From contig OY969763.1 of assembly GCA_963702845.1 (NCBI GenBank), positions 3,552,001 through 3,616,000 of the forward strand: 64,000 nucleotides of DNA, given 5' to 3'. The notes beneath the pieces were generated by a model. The model saw nothing but the letters and a program-made list of their open reading frames with translations, had not been told where the DNA came from and did not search any database. Positions 24,834 through 34,098 of the stretch are shown here, piece after piece. The position numbers and the translations under genes were made by a program. Within the stretch, counting starts at the first letter, position 1. Each line of letters begins with the position of its first letter. Origin of the DNA: an uncultured Verrucomicrobiae bacterium. Its GTDB lineage: Bacteria; Verrucomicrobiota; Verrucomicrobiia; Limisphaerales; Palsa-1400.

Positions 24834-25724
24834 CTACCCCAACTTCAAATTCTTCAAAACCCCCGTCACAGAATTCGCCTTATTAAGCGTATAAAAATGC
24901 AACCCCGGCACGCCGCAGCGCAACAACTCCGCGCATTGCTTCGTGGCATATTCAACTCCGAACGCCGCACACGCTTCATCATTGTCCGCATATTTATCCA
25001 ACTCCGTCACCAGCGACTCCGGCAAATCCGCCCCGCACAACTTCGTAAACCGTTTGATCTGACCCGCGCTTAAAATCGGAATAATCCCCGGACAAATCGG
25101 CACCGTCACACCCTTCTTCGTCAGATAATCGCGAAACCGAAAAAAATCGTCGTTACTGAAGAATAGTTGCGTGAGGACGAAATCCGCGCCGCAATCGATC
25201 TTGGTCTTCAGATGATCCCAATCCACCTCGCGCCCTTCCTTGCACGCGATGTGGCCCTCTGGAAACCCAGCCGTGCCGATACAAAATCCATCGAGTTCCT
25301 TGATGAACTTCACCAACTCATACGAATACTCAAACCCGCCTTCGATCTTCTGAAACACGCCATTCGCGCCGCCTTCTGGATCACCGCGTAGCGCCAAAAT
25401 ATTTTTAATTCCTAACCGCTTCGCCTCATTCAAAACATCGCGCAACTGCTCCACCGTCGAATTCACACAAGTCAAATGCGCCATGGCCGTCAGCCCATGC
25501 CGACGCTGAATCTGGTCCACGATCATCAACGTCTTATCCCGAGTGCTGCCCCCGGCACCATAAGTGACCGAGCAATAATCCGGCTTCAACTGGAGCAACG
25601 TCGGAATAGTTTTCTCGAGCAAATTCCGATCCCCCTCTTCGGTCTTGGGCGGAAAGAACTCGAACGAAACCACTGGCTTGTGCGCCGCGGCCTTCTTCGC
25701 ATGAATGTCCCGAATAAACTGCAT
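24834..25724 (-). CDS. metF: 5,10-methylenetetrahydrofolate reductase
   Basis: SFEFFPPK, SVTYGAGG, AHLTC, LALRGD, TQLFF, HFYTLN. Confidence 0.96.
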   Translation of the reverse strand: MQFIRDIHAKKAAAHKPVVSFEFFPPKTEEGDRNLLEKTIPTLLQLKPDYCSVTYGAGGSTRDKTLMIVDQIQRRHGLTAMAHLTCVNSTVEQLRDVLNEAKRLGIKNILALRGDPEGGANGVFQKIEGGFEYSYELVKFIKELDGFCIGTAGFPEGHIACKEGREVDWDHLKTKIDCGADFVLTQLFFSNDDFFRFRDYLTKKGVTVPICPGIIPILSAGQIKRFTKLCGADLPESLVTELDKYADNDEACAAFGVEYATKQCAELLRCGVPGLHFYTLNKANSVTGVLKNLKLG

Positions 25725-25967
25725 CCATTCAGTATGCGGAAGAAATCCAACCGGTTCAAGCACTCCACGCATGAGAGTATCAACGTCGAAACCATCCGCG
25801 TTCATTGCGTCGTATCAAACTTGCATCGTTTTTCGTCAATCAACGATCCGCCGCAACACAGGTAAAACTTTAATCGTCAGAGTTGGTCACAATTTGTGAC
25901 CACCTGATGGTTTCAATCTTCCAACGAATGAACTGCATCGGCAGTGCAGAGAACGTTCACGTATAAA

Positions 25968-26885
25968 TCATTTCGGCGCTGCTGCCGCATTCTCATGCCG
26001 CACCGAATTAAGCTGCACCACCGTCACATACGGCACAAAACCGATCGCACGCTCCTTCGCGTAAGCATCTGCAATCGACGCCGGCTTCTTCGCGTAATCC
26101 ACAGCCAGCACAAGTTTGCCGGCGCGCTTGATGTCCAGCGCATTGTCACGATTCTCCTTGGCCCATCGCTGCGTCGCAGGTTTGTCGTGGGCGAGATAAA
26201 AAACGTCCTCCATGCCGATGCCATCGATAGCCTGAATGTAAGTCTGGTTCGGCGTGCCATCCCAATACGACCAATTGTAAAGTTCCGGCGAATTTTGCGG
26301 GACGACCTTGAAATTTGGATTGATCCCCTTCGCATATTTCGAAACCCGGCTTATCAGCTCAACCATCTTGCGCGCCAATTCCTCACGCTTCATTTCCTTG
26401 GCTGGGATTTCCTCATACGCGGTAATCATGTCCAGATACGCGCCGTCGAACCCCGCCCGCAACGCCTGATCGACGCGCCCCTTCACAATCGGCCACCAGC
26501 GCTCATCCCAGAATTTAACGAGGCGCTCCTTCGGCCAGCCCTTCACCACGCCCACCTTCAAATCCTCCGGAAACTCCTTCCATTCCGGCCGATAATTCTC
26601 AATCGCGCCGATCTCAAAATACGCCAGCACGACCACGCCCTTCTGCTTCACCGCGTCAATCTCGTCCTTGCTGAAGTAGCCCTCCTTGCCATCGCGCGCC
26701 AGGTCAAAACCGGCGTTCGCGATTTCGTCGAGCTTGCTGTCTTTGTACGTAGTCAGTTGATAGACCCAGCTTTTGACCGAGTTGGAGTCGCGCCCAGCGA
26801 AAGCGGGTGACGCGCCGAGGCAGAGGCATATCAATGCCGCCAAAAAAGGAAGTTTGGGACATTGCGGATAGAAAGGTTGTTTCAT
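25968..26885 (-). CDS. Secreted GH114-like (MJ1477/TM1410 family) putative alpha-1,4-polygalactosaminidase
   Basis: Signal peptide, WVYQL, AYFEIGAIENYR, GFDGAYLD, VPQNSPEL, GIGMED, VLAVDY. Confidence 0.8.
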   Translation of the reverse strand: MKQPFYPQCPKLPFLAALICLCLGASPAFAGRDSNSVKSWVYQLTTYKDSKLDEIANAGFDLARDGKEGYFSKDEIDAVKQKGVVVLAYFEIGAIENYRPEWKEFPEDLKVGVVKGWPKERLVKFWDERWWPIVKGRVDQALRAGFDGAYLDMITAYEEIPAKEMKREELARKMVELISRVSKYAKGINPNFKVVPQNSPELYNWSYWDGTPNQTYIQAIDGIGMEDVFYLAHDKPATQRWAKENRDNALDIKRAGKLVLAVDYAKKPASIADAYAKERAIGFVPYVTVVQLNSVRHENAAAAPK

Positions 26886-26986
26886 AAATTTCTTAAAGTT
26901 ACTGCGACGGCACAGAATTCAGTTCCACGACGGTCAATTTCCCGATGCTGCGACCATCAAAAATACACGTCAAGACCTGTCCTTGC

Positions 26987-27016
26987 TTGACACGATCGAA
27001 TAGCGTGATGTAGTTT
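26987..27016 (+). promoter_or_regulatory. Candidate sigma70 promoter
   Basis: Perfect TTGACA (26987) and TAGTTT (27011) with an 18-nt spacer. Confidence 0.4.
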
Positions 27017-27190
27017 CTACACTACAGCAGCAGAAAGCTGCCGTCCACCCTCGCGCCGTGCTTCGCGATGGCCTGCAAACCAAAAGCATTTACCGGAGCG
27101 CCGAACAATGTTTCGGCGTTTTCAGCTTTGAAAGGAACCATGGCCCAGGAACACACCAAGCCAGCTCATCGCCACACCAGAGGTGTGCCC

Positions 27191-27585
27191 GGCCCAAATT
27201 GGTTCTATCCTGTCCCAATTTGTCCGCAGCAGTTTCCAAACGTACCTACTTGTATCCAATTGCCCGTCATAGGAGAGTTTCGGAGAGTTGCGGGAAGTTG
27301 CGGTTTAAAAACATACCCCCCGGTAGCCACTAAAAACTTGACCGTTTCTTTACCGTTTCTTGACCGATTTTTAAGGTTTCAAAACAGCGCACCCTTGATA
27401 CTCAATACGTTCCGAAAAATGACACGTATCACCAGTCAAGTTTTGCACGGGTTGGACGTTGGACGTTGGATGTTGGAAGTTCGACGTTCGCTTTCATCCG
27501 AACCTAACCGAAGCTATCCGAACCTAACCGAACCTAACGGAACCAAAATTTTCATCCTTTGCGCCTTTTGTGCCTTTTTGTGGCC
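27191..27585. repeat. Mosaic of short tandem repeats (10, 11, 7, 10 and 9 bp units)
   Basis: Degenerate decamers 27191-27303, CTTGACCGTTT-like x3 (27337-27369), GTTGGAC-like x6 (27451-27492), CCGAACCTAA-like x5 (27498-27547), TTTGYGCC-like x3 (27557-27585). Confidence 0.85.
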
Positions 27586-29719
27586 ACTTCTCTGCTCAGC
27601 AATTGAGCCACCCACCATCCCCATCGGTCTCGATGCCTATCGCCAATGGCAACACTGGCCGTGGCAACGCATCGGCGTCCGCGCCTACATGCGCAGCACC
27701 TACGATCGTTCCGGCGGCAATGAAGGCGCTGATGCCAGCCATTTCCTCTACCAACTCGACGACAATCAAAACGTCACCCTCGACGTCGCTGGCTCCGGCA
27801 TTCTTTACTTCGCGCGCTACAACCATTGGCACGGCAGCCCGTGGCATTACACCGTCGACGACACAGACCACATCGTTCAAGAATCCAGCACCGCAGATCC
27901 TCTGCATCCAAAAGAAAATTCTGTGTTCGTGCCAACCAGCGCATTCCCAAACCCACTCGCATGGACCTGGTCCGACACTCGCGGCGCAGATCTAAGCTGG
28001 GTACCCGTCCCGTTCGAAAAAAGTTTCCGCATGGCCTACACCCGCACCCATTACGGAACCGGCTACTACATTTATCACCAATTCGTCCCCGGCATAAAAC
28101 TCTCGCAACCGATCAAATCATGGACCGAATCTGCGCCCGACGCGGACGTTGTGGAACTCCTCAACCCAACCTCCACCCGCTACCGCGCCATCGATGCCAT
28201 CGAAGGGAAAACTTATTACACGAACGCATTCGATGCCCCGCTCCGAATCGAAACCAAAGACCCATCCGCCATCAACACCATCGAATTTACCGTCCCAGTA
28301 AAAGACGCCGTCGAATTCGACCGCTCGACATTGCGCATCACATGGGATGACGCAAAGCAACCCTCCGTCGAAGCCCCCATCGCCCTCTTCTTCGGGGCCG
28401 GCACACTCTACAATCGCGACAACCGCGAATACCTCGTCAACGCCTTCCCCGTTTCCATCCATCAGGATAGAACCGAGATGTTCCTCGCCTGCTTATTCCC
28501 GATGCCATATTTCAAAAGTGCCCAAATCGAAATCATCAACCACGGCCCCAACAAAATCACTCCAGCCATCTGGGTCCATACCGTCCCGCTCACCGATCCA
28601 AAAGAATTCCTCACCTACTTCCACGCGACCTATCGCGACCATGGAACACCCGAACCCGGCAAAGATTTAGTTCTTCTAGACACGAAGCAAACCGAAGGCG
28701 GCGGCGATTGGTCGGGCCATTTCATCGGCACCTCATTTATATTCTCCGACCGCGCCGTCCTCGGCACGCTCGAAGGCGACCCGCGTTTCTTTTTCGACGA
28801 TAGCCAAACCCCACAATGCTACGGCACCGGCACTGAAGAATGGGGCGGCGGCGGCGATTACTGGGGCGGTCGCAACATGACCCTGCCCTTCGCCGGCCAT
28901 CCCACCGGCGCGAAATCCGACAAGGAATCCAAATGTGACGAAGACAAAATCGAATCCGCCTACCGTTTCCTTTTGGCTGACCTAATGCCCTTCGGCAAAA
29001 ACGCCAGGATTCAACTGGAACACGGCGGCGAAAACCAATCCACCGAACACTACCAAACCGTGACTTACTGGTACGGCGTCAATCACCCGACCCTTTTCAA
29101 AACCGACACGCTAAATATCGGCGACATCGAAAGCGAAAAAAACCACAACTACAATTCCCCCGACGCCTGCGCTCCATATCAAATCACCTCGCGCTACGAA
29201 CTAGGCCCCGATCATTTGAAGGACGGCAAAGAAGTCTATCCCACAACCACTGACACCGCTCGCAGAACAAAAACCTTTTCCGCATTCACACTGAAACTCG
29301 ATCCCCAAAACACCGGCGTAATGCTCCGCCGCAAACTCGACTACTCCTATCCAAACCAACGAGCCGAAGTTTTCGTGGCAGATCCTGATCCCTCTCTCGA
29401 TGAATTGAGGTATAGTGTGATGACGATACCTACTCGATGGAAGCCAGCCGGCATCTGGTACACCGCCGGCGGCAACATCTGCGTTTACTCAAACCCAAAA
29501 GACGAACTCGGCTCCGTCCAACACAAACTGGAAACCAGCAACCGCCAATTTCGCGACGACGAATTCCTCCTGCCACTCAACCTAACGAAAGGCCGCTCTG
29601 AAATCCGCGTCCAAGTCAAATTCACCCCCGTCGAAATCCCTTTCTACCCGGGCGGCCCCATCCACGACCTCGCGTGGAGCGAGATCCGTTACGACGCCTA
29701 CTGTTGGCTCGTGCCGTAA
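27419..29719 (+). CDS. Secreted DUF2961-containing (GH172-like) protein; start uncertain
   Basis: STYDRSGGN, LRITWDD..PSVEAPIALFFG, FPMPYFKSA, YFHATY, LEGDPRFFFD, GTGTEEWG. The frame is open from 27068. Confidence 0.75.
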   Translation: MTRITSQVLHGLDVGRWMLEVRRSLSSEPNRSYPNLTEPNGTKIFILCAFCAFLWPLLCSAIEPPTIPIGLDAYRQWQHWPWQRIGVRAYMRSTYDRSGGNEGADASHFLYQLDDNQNVTLDVAGSGILYFARYNHWHGSPWHYTVDDTDHIVQESSTADPLHPKENSVFVPTSAFPNPLAWTWSDTRGADLSWVPVPFEKSFRMAYTRTHYGTGYYIYHQFVPGIKLSQPIKSWTESAPDADVVELLNPTSTRYRAIDAIEGKTYYTNAFDAPLRIETKDPSAINTIEFTVPVKDAVEFDRSTLRITWDDAKQPSVEAPIALFFGAGTLYNRDNREYLVNAFPVSIHQDRTEMFLACLFPMPYFKSAQIEIINHGPNKITPAIWVHTVPLTDPKEFLTYFHATYRDHGTPEPGKDLVLLDTKQTEGGGDWSGHFIGTSFIFSDRAVLGTLEGDPRFFFDDSQTPQCYGTGTEEWGGGGDYWGGRNMTLPFAGHPTGAKSDKESKCDEDKIESAYRFLLADLMPFGKNARIQLEHGGENQSTEHYQTVTYWYGVNHPTLFKTDTLNIGDIESEKNHNYNSPDACAPYQITSRYELGPDHLKDGKEVYPTTTDTARRTKTFSAFTLKLDPQNTGVMLRRKLDYSYPNQRAEVFVADPDPSLDELRYSVMTIPTRWKPAGIWYTAGGNICVYSNPKDELGSVQHKLETSNRQFRDDEFLLPLNLTKGRSEIRVQVKFTPVEIPFYPGGPIHDLAWSEIRYDAYCWLVP

Positions 29720-29771
29720 ACAATCAACGTGTTGCGGTCAGCCGAAAGTTGGCGCACACTAAACGCTTTTC

Positions 29772-31739
29772 ATGCTTAACATTTCCGACGTCAGCAAATC
29801 ATATGGTCCTCGTACTCTGTTCGAAGACGTGTCCCTTCAGGTCAATCGCGGCGACCGCATCGGCCTTGTCGGCCCGAACGGCGCGGGCAAGACCACACTC
29901 TTTTCGCTGATTCTCGGAACCGAGAGCAGCGACACCGGCACGGTCAGCTTCGAGCGCAACGTCACCATGGGCTACCTGCCCCAGGAAAGCGCGCCGGCTG
30001 GCGAAGAGACCGTCCTCGAACTTGCCACCGCCATCACCCCTGAGATCGCGGACCTCCAGAAAAAACTCAAAGCCTGGGAAGCCTCGCATCCCGACGAAAT
30101 CGATCCGCACGATAACATTCATCAGCGCTTCGACGAACTCGGTGGCCATCAACTTGAGCCGAAAGCGAAAAAGATTTTGGCCGGACTCGCCTTTCGCGAA
30201 AAAGATTTCAATCGGCCACTCAAAGAACTCAGCGGCGGCTGGGTCATGCGTGCCTATCTCGGGCGTTTGCTCGTGCAAGAGCCCGACCTGCTCATTCTCG
30301 ACGAACCGACCAACCATCTCGACCTCGAGTCGCTCCAGTGGTTCCAGGATTATTTGGAGCACTATCCCGGTGCGATCCTGATGATTTCCCACGATCGTAA
30401 CTTCCTGAACCAACTCGTCGGCTCCATTGTCGAAATCCGCCAGAGCAAACTCATTCGTTATCGCGGCAACTACGACGATTACCTCGTCCAACGCGAAGCG
30501 AACGAATTGCAATTGTTGGCCGCTTACAACAATCAGCAGAAGGAAATCGCGCACCTGATGGAGTTCGTCACCCGTTTCGGCGCCAAGGCAAGCAAAGCCT
30601 CGCAAGCGCAGAGCAAGCTCAAGCAAGTCGAGCGCATGGAAAAAATCGAAGCGCCGACCAACGATGATAAAAAGATCAAATTCCGCTTTCCGCAGCCGCA
30701 ACGCAGCGGCCAAAAAGTCATTACGCTAAAAGACATTCATCACGCCTACGGTCAAAACGTGATCTACCGGGGAATGGAATTCCTCGCCGAACGCACCCAG
30801 CGCACAGTGCTCGTTGGACCGAACGGCGCTGGAAAATCAACCTTGCTTAAAATCCTCGCAGGCGTTCTCGAATTCCAATCCGGCGAGCGGATTCTTGGCC
30901 ACAACGTCAAGGCCGGCTACTACTCGCAATACCGCGTCGACATGTTGCAACCAAATCGCACCGTGTTCGACGAAGCCGCCGATACACCTCAGGCCGTCAC
31001 CGAACAATTCATTCGGACGATCCTCGGTTCGTTTCTTTTTCGCGGCGATGACGTCTACAAAAAAGTGAGCGTCTTGAGCGGTGGAGAAAAAAGCCGTCTC
31101 GCTCTCGTGAAGCTTTTGCTCGATCCGCCGAACCTCTTGTTGATGGACGAACCCACGACACACTTGGACATGGCCAGCATTGACGCCCTGCTCGGCGCGT
31201 TGAAGCAATTTGAAGGCACCGTTATTTTCATCAGCCACGATGTCTATTTCATTCGCGAGCTTTCGAACCACGTCGTCCGCGTCGAAAACGGCAAACTGCA
31301 ACATTTCCCCGGCGGCTATCAATATTACTTGGACAAAACCGCGCAGACCTCAGCGCTGCACGCATTGACCGCATCATCGCAAGTCGCTCAAAAATCCGCA
31401 CCGGTCCAGAAACCTGTAGATAGGAAGCTCGAAAAACGTCTCGAGGCCGAAAAACGGCAGGAACGTTCGCGTCAACGCAAAGCGTACCAGGAAAAAGTCA
31501 CCAACTTTGAAGCGCAGATTCTGAAGCTGGAAACGAAGCAGCGCGAACTCACTGCCGAATTGGAAAAGCCCGGGACCTATGAAAAGTCCGGCCTGGCCAA
31601 TAGTCTTAACCGCGACCTCGCGCGCATCAGCGATGAACTCGACGAGTTGACGCCCCAATGGGAAAAGGCCGCCGCCGACCTCTTGCACTGGGAAAAAACC
31701 ATCGCGACTGAAAGCCAGAGCGAGCCAGTTTCAAATTGA
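29772..31739 (+). CDS. ABC-F family ATP-binding protein
   Basis: Two ABC domains (GPNGAGKT/LSGGW/LDEPTNHLD and GPNGAGKS/LSGGE/MDEPTTHLD), no TM segments, C-terminal coiled coil. Confidence 0.95.
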   Translation: MLNISDVSKSYGPRTLFEDVSLQVNRGDRIGLVGPNGAGKTTLFSLILGTESSDTGTVSFERNVTMGYLPQESAPAGEETVLELATAITPEIADLQKKLKAWEASHPDEIDPHDNIHQRFDELGGHQLEPKAKKILAGLAFREKDFNRPLKELSGGWVMRAYLGRLLVQEPDLLILDEPTNHLDLESLQWFQDYLEHYPGAILMISHDRNFLNQLVGSIVEIRQSKLIRYRGNYDDYLVQREANELQLLAAYNNQQKEIAHLMEFVTRFGAKASKASQAQSKLKQVERMEKIEAPTNDDKKIKFRFPQPQRSGQKVITLKDIHHAYGQNVIYRGMEFLAERTQRTVLVGPNGAGKSTLLKILAGVLEFQSGERILGHNVKAGYYSQYRVDMLQPNRTVFDEAADTPQAVTEQFIRTILGSFLFRGDDVYKKVSVLSGGEKSRLALVKLLLDPPNLLLMDEPTTHLDMASIDALLGALKQFEGTVIFISHDVYFIRELSNHVVRVENGKLQHFPGGYQYYLDKTAQTSALHALTASSQVAQKSAPVQKPVDRKLEKRLEAEKRQERSRQRKAYQEKVTNFEAQILKLETKQRELTAELEKPGTYEKSGLANSLNRDLARISDELDELTPQWEKAAADLLHWEKTIATESQSEPVSN

Positions 31740-31749
31740 TGAAGGGACA

Positions 31750-32802
31750 ATGGGCCGATACAATCCAGCAATGCCTGTCGAGCCCTTGAGTGTGTTCATC
31801 GCCCCGTGCGATGACTCGCCGACCGGCTGGCGCGGATTCTACGAGCACATTCTGAAACTCCACGATCTGGCCCAGGAAAAACGGCACAAGATCGTGAACG
31901 ATCCGGCAAAGGCAGATCTGATTTTGCTGACCGACAGCAACGACGACGATCTGTTCCTGTCGTTGCGCAAAAACCCGTTGGTGAAGCGCTATCCGGAAAA
32001 AGTTTTCACGATTTACGAAGGCGATTTTCCGCAACGTTTTCTTCCCGGCGTCTACACCTCAATGCCACAGTCGATTTGGAACGTCGGCCGTTTTGCGACC
32101 GGCAGTTACTCCTATTGCTACGCCAAACACGGCAACCCCGTTGACCTGCTAAAAGACAAAACGCGAACCGGCGAATTTTTATTTTCATTCATTGGCCGCG
32201 GTCGCGCCAAAGTCCGCGAGGCACTGTTTAAACTGAAGTTCAACAGAGCTGACATTGTCATCGAAGACAGTTCGAACTTTAACTATTTCACCAGCCAGAC
32301 CAATCAGCAGCTTGATCGTCAGCTCCATTATCTGGATGTCTGCATGAAGTCGCGCTTTATGCTCTGCCCGCGGGGCCAAGGCGCGTCCAGTATTCGGTTG
32401 TTCGACGCCATGCAGATGGGCGTTGCGCCTGTCATTATTTCGGACAAATGGATTCGACCCGAAGGTCCAGACTGGAAGAGTTTCGCAGTCTTCGTCGCAG
32501 AGAAAGACCTCGCGCGCTTGCCAGAGTTGATCGCGCCGTATGACTCCCGCTGGCGCGAAATGGGGCAACTCGCGCGCACTGCCTGGGAGAAGTGGTTTCG
32601 GCTCGAGGACGAGTTCAATTGCATCGTCGAGAGCCTAGCGCGTATCAAAGCGAATCGAGTGATTCCTGAAAGAATCACGCGCCTCAGTTGGCCATTGATC
32701 GTGGCGCGCCTTCAGTTGCGTCGCAACCTTTCGCGTTTGAAACACCCGGCACAAACAAGCTCTGCCCCGCTGGCGACAGCTCAACCGAGGTCCGGCACTT
32801 AA
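31750..32802 (+). CDS. Exostosin-like (GT47) glycosyltransferase
   Basis: LFSFIG, SRFMLCPRGQGASSIRLFDAMQMGVAPVIISD. Confidence 0.85.
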   Translation: MGRYNPAMPVEPLSVFIAPCDDSPTGWRGFYEHILKLHDLAQEKRHKIVNDPAKADLILLTDSNDDDLFLSLRKNPLVKRYPEKVFTIYEGDFPQRFLPGVYTSMPQSIWNVGRFATGSYSYCYAKHGNPVDLLKDKTRTGEFLFSFIGRGRAKVREALFKLKFNRADIVIEDSSNFNYFTSQTNQQLDRQLHYLDVCMKSRFMLCPRGQGASSIRLFDAMQMGVAPVIISDKWIRPEGPDWKSFAVFVAEKDLARLPELIAPYDSRWREMGQLARTAWEKWFRLEDEFNCIVESLARIKANRVIPERITRLSWPLIVARLQLRRNLSRLKHPAQTSSAPLATAQPRSGT

Positions 32803-32804
32803 GA

Positions 32805-33980
32805 ATGCAAACGGAACCCACAGGCCCCATCGAGCTTTCAATTGTCATTCCTTGCCTGAACGAAGGCGAGACGTTGGAGCATTGCATTCGCAAGGCACAG
32901 TCGGCGTTGCTCGCCGGCAATATCAAGGGCGAAATTATTATCGCCGATAACGGCAGTCGCGACGACTCGATCGCAATCGCTGAACGTCTCGGCGCGCGTG
33001 TCGTTCATGTTTCAGAAAAAGGTTACGGCAACGCGCTCATGGGCGGCCTCAATTCCGCTCGCGGCAAATATCTGCTGATGGGCGATGCCGATGGCAGTTA
33101 CGATTTTGAAGAAGCGCCGCGTTTTGTCGCAAAATTGCGCGAAGGTTACGATCTCGTGCAAGGTTGTCGTTTGCCGAGTGGCGGAGGGACGATCGCTGAA
33201 GGTGCGATGCCGATCACGCATCGACTGATTGGCAACCCGGCGTTTTCGTTTTTAGCGCGCAATATGTTCAAGGCGCGCATTCATGACATCTATTGCGGGC
33301 TGCGCGCATTCACGTGCGAGTTTTATCAGCAACTCGAGTTGCGTTGCGTTGGGATGGAGTTCGCAACGGAGATGATCATCAAGGCGAGCTTGCAGGGTGC
33401 GAACATTGCCGAGATTCCGATTACGTTGCACAAGGACCGTCGTGTCACAAACAAGCCGCACTTGAAAACAATTCGTGATGGCTGGCGGACGTTGCGTTTT
33501 TTTCTGCTCTGCAGTCCGCGGTGGTTGTTTTTCATTCCGGGCATGGCGCTGATGTTTTTAGGATTCGTCGGATACGGTCTCGCGTTGCCCGGCGTGAAGA
33601 TTGGCCCGGCGAAATTCGATGCGCACACGTTGCTCTTCGCGAGTCTTGGGTTGATGCTGGGGTATCAATCGACCTGGTTCGCGATTATTGCAAAGACCTT
33701 CGCGATCACTGAGAAGTTGTTACCGAACGATCCGCGCATCACGCGGTTTCTTCAAATCACGACGCTGGAACGCGGCCTCGTGCTTGGCGTAATGGGGATG
33801 ATTGCCGGCGTCTTTTTAATGGGCGATGCAGTGTGGCAATGGCGCGCGGCTGGGTTCGGGCATCTCGAATATAGTTACACGATGCGCTGGGTGATTCCGG
33901 GCGTGACTCTGTGTGCGCTGGGATTTCAAACGATACTTTCGTGTTTCATCGTTAGCTTGCTTGGGTTGGCGCGGAAGTGA
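32805..33980 (+). CDS. GT2 glycosyltransferase (DPM1-like) with C-terminal membrane domain
   Basis: SIVIPCLNE, DNGSRD, GYGNAL, MGDADGSY, and four C-terminal hydrophobic helices. Confidence 0.93.
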   Translation: MQTEPTGPIELSIVIPCLNEGETLEHCIRKAQSALLAGNIKGEIIIADNGSRDDSIAIAERLGARVVHVSEKGYGNALMGGLNSARGKYLLMGDADGSYDFEEAPRFVAKLREGYDLVQGCRLPSGGGTIAEGAMPITHRLIGNPAFSFLARNMFKARIHDIYCGLRAFTCEFYQQLELRCVGMEFATEMIIKASLQGANIAEIPITLHKDRRVTNKPHLKTIRDGWRTLRFFLLCSPRWLFFIPGMALMFLGFVGYGLALPGVKIGPAKFDAHTLLFASLGLMLGYQSTWFAIIAKTFAITEKLLPNDPRITRFLQITTLERGLVLGVMGMIAGVFLMGDAVWQWRAAGFGHLEYSYTMRWVIPGVTLCALGFQTILSCFIVSLLGLARK

Positions 33981-33981
33981 T

Positions 33982-34094
33982 TTCGGAGTGCGGGCGTCTC
34001 GCCAGCAGCGAGATTAAATCGTGCCGGTATTGAAAAGCTCCAAGTAAGGTTTGCATTTCGACGTTGCTGCGGACGTGGACGTCCGCACTCCGAA
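33982..34094. repeat. REP-like inverted doublet (same family as 1061-1171)
   Basis: TTCGGAGTGCGGGCGTCTCGCCAGCAGC ... GCTGCGGACGTGGACGTCCGCACTCCGAA between convergent genes. Confidence 0.85.
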
Positions 34095-34098
34095 GGCG

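Noticed and set aside
25725..25967. SAM or other riboswitch upstream of metF
   Set aside because: I could not see the conserved SAM-I or SAM-II core elements on the minus strand. An Rfam scan would be needed to exclude variants.
26690..26720. Apparent short deletion in the GH114-like protein (GFDLARDG, where a hydrophobic strand is expected)
   Set aside because: It cannot be distinguished from natural variation or an assembly slip without an alignment and reads.
23953..26900. Genomic island integrated at tRNA-Ala
   Set aside because: No integrase, no duplicated tRNA 3' end seen, and the downstream genes (msrB, metF) are ordinary.
27068..27418. N-terminal extension of the 883-aa ORF as real protein
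   Set aside because: It lies well upstream of the signal-like segment, runs through DNA-level repeats and has no recognisable protein character. It is kept only as an open-frame observation.
27191..27585. Possible CRISPR array
   Set aside because: Units are 7-11 bp and directly adjacent, with no unique spacers and no cas genes.
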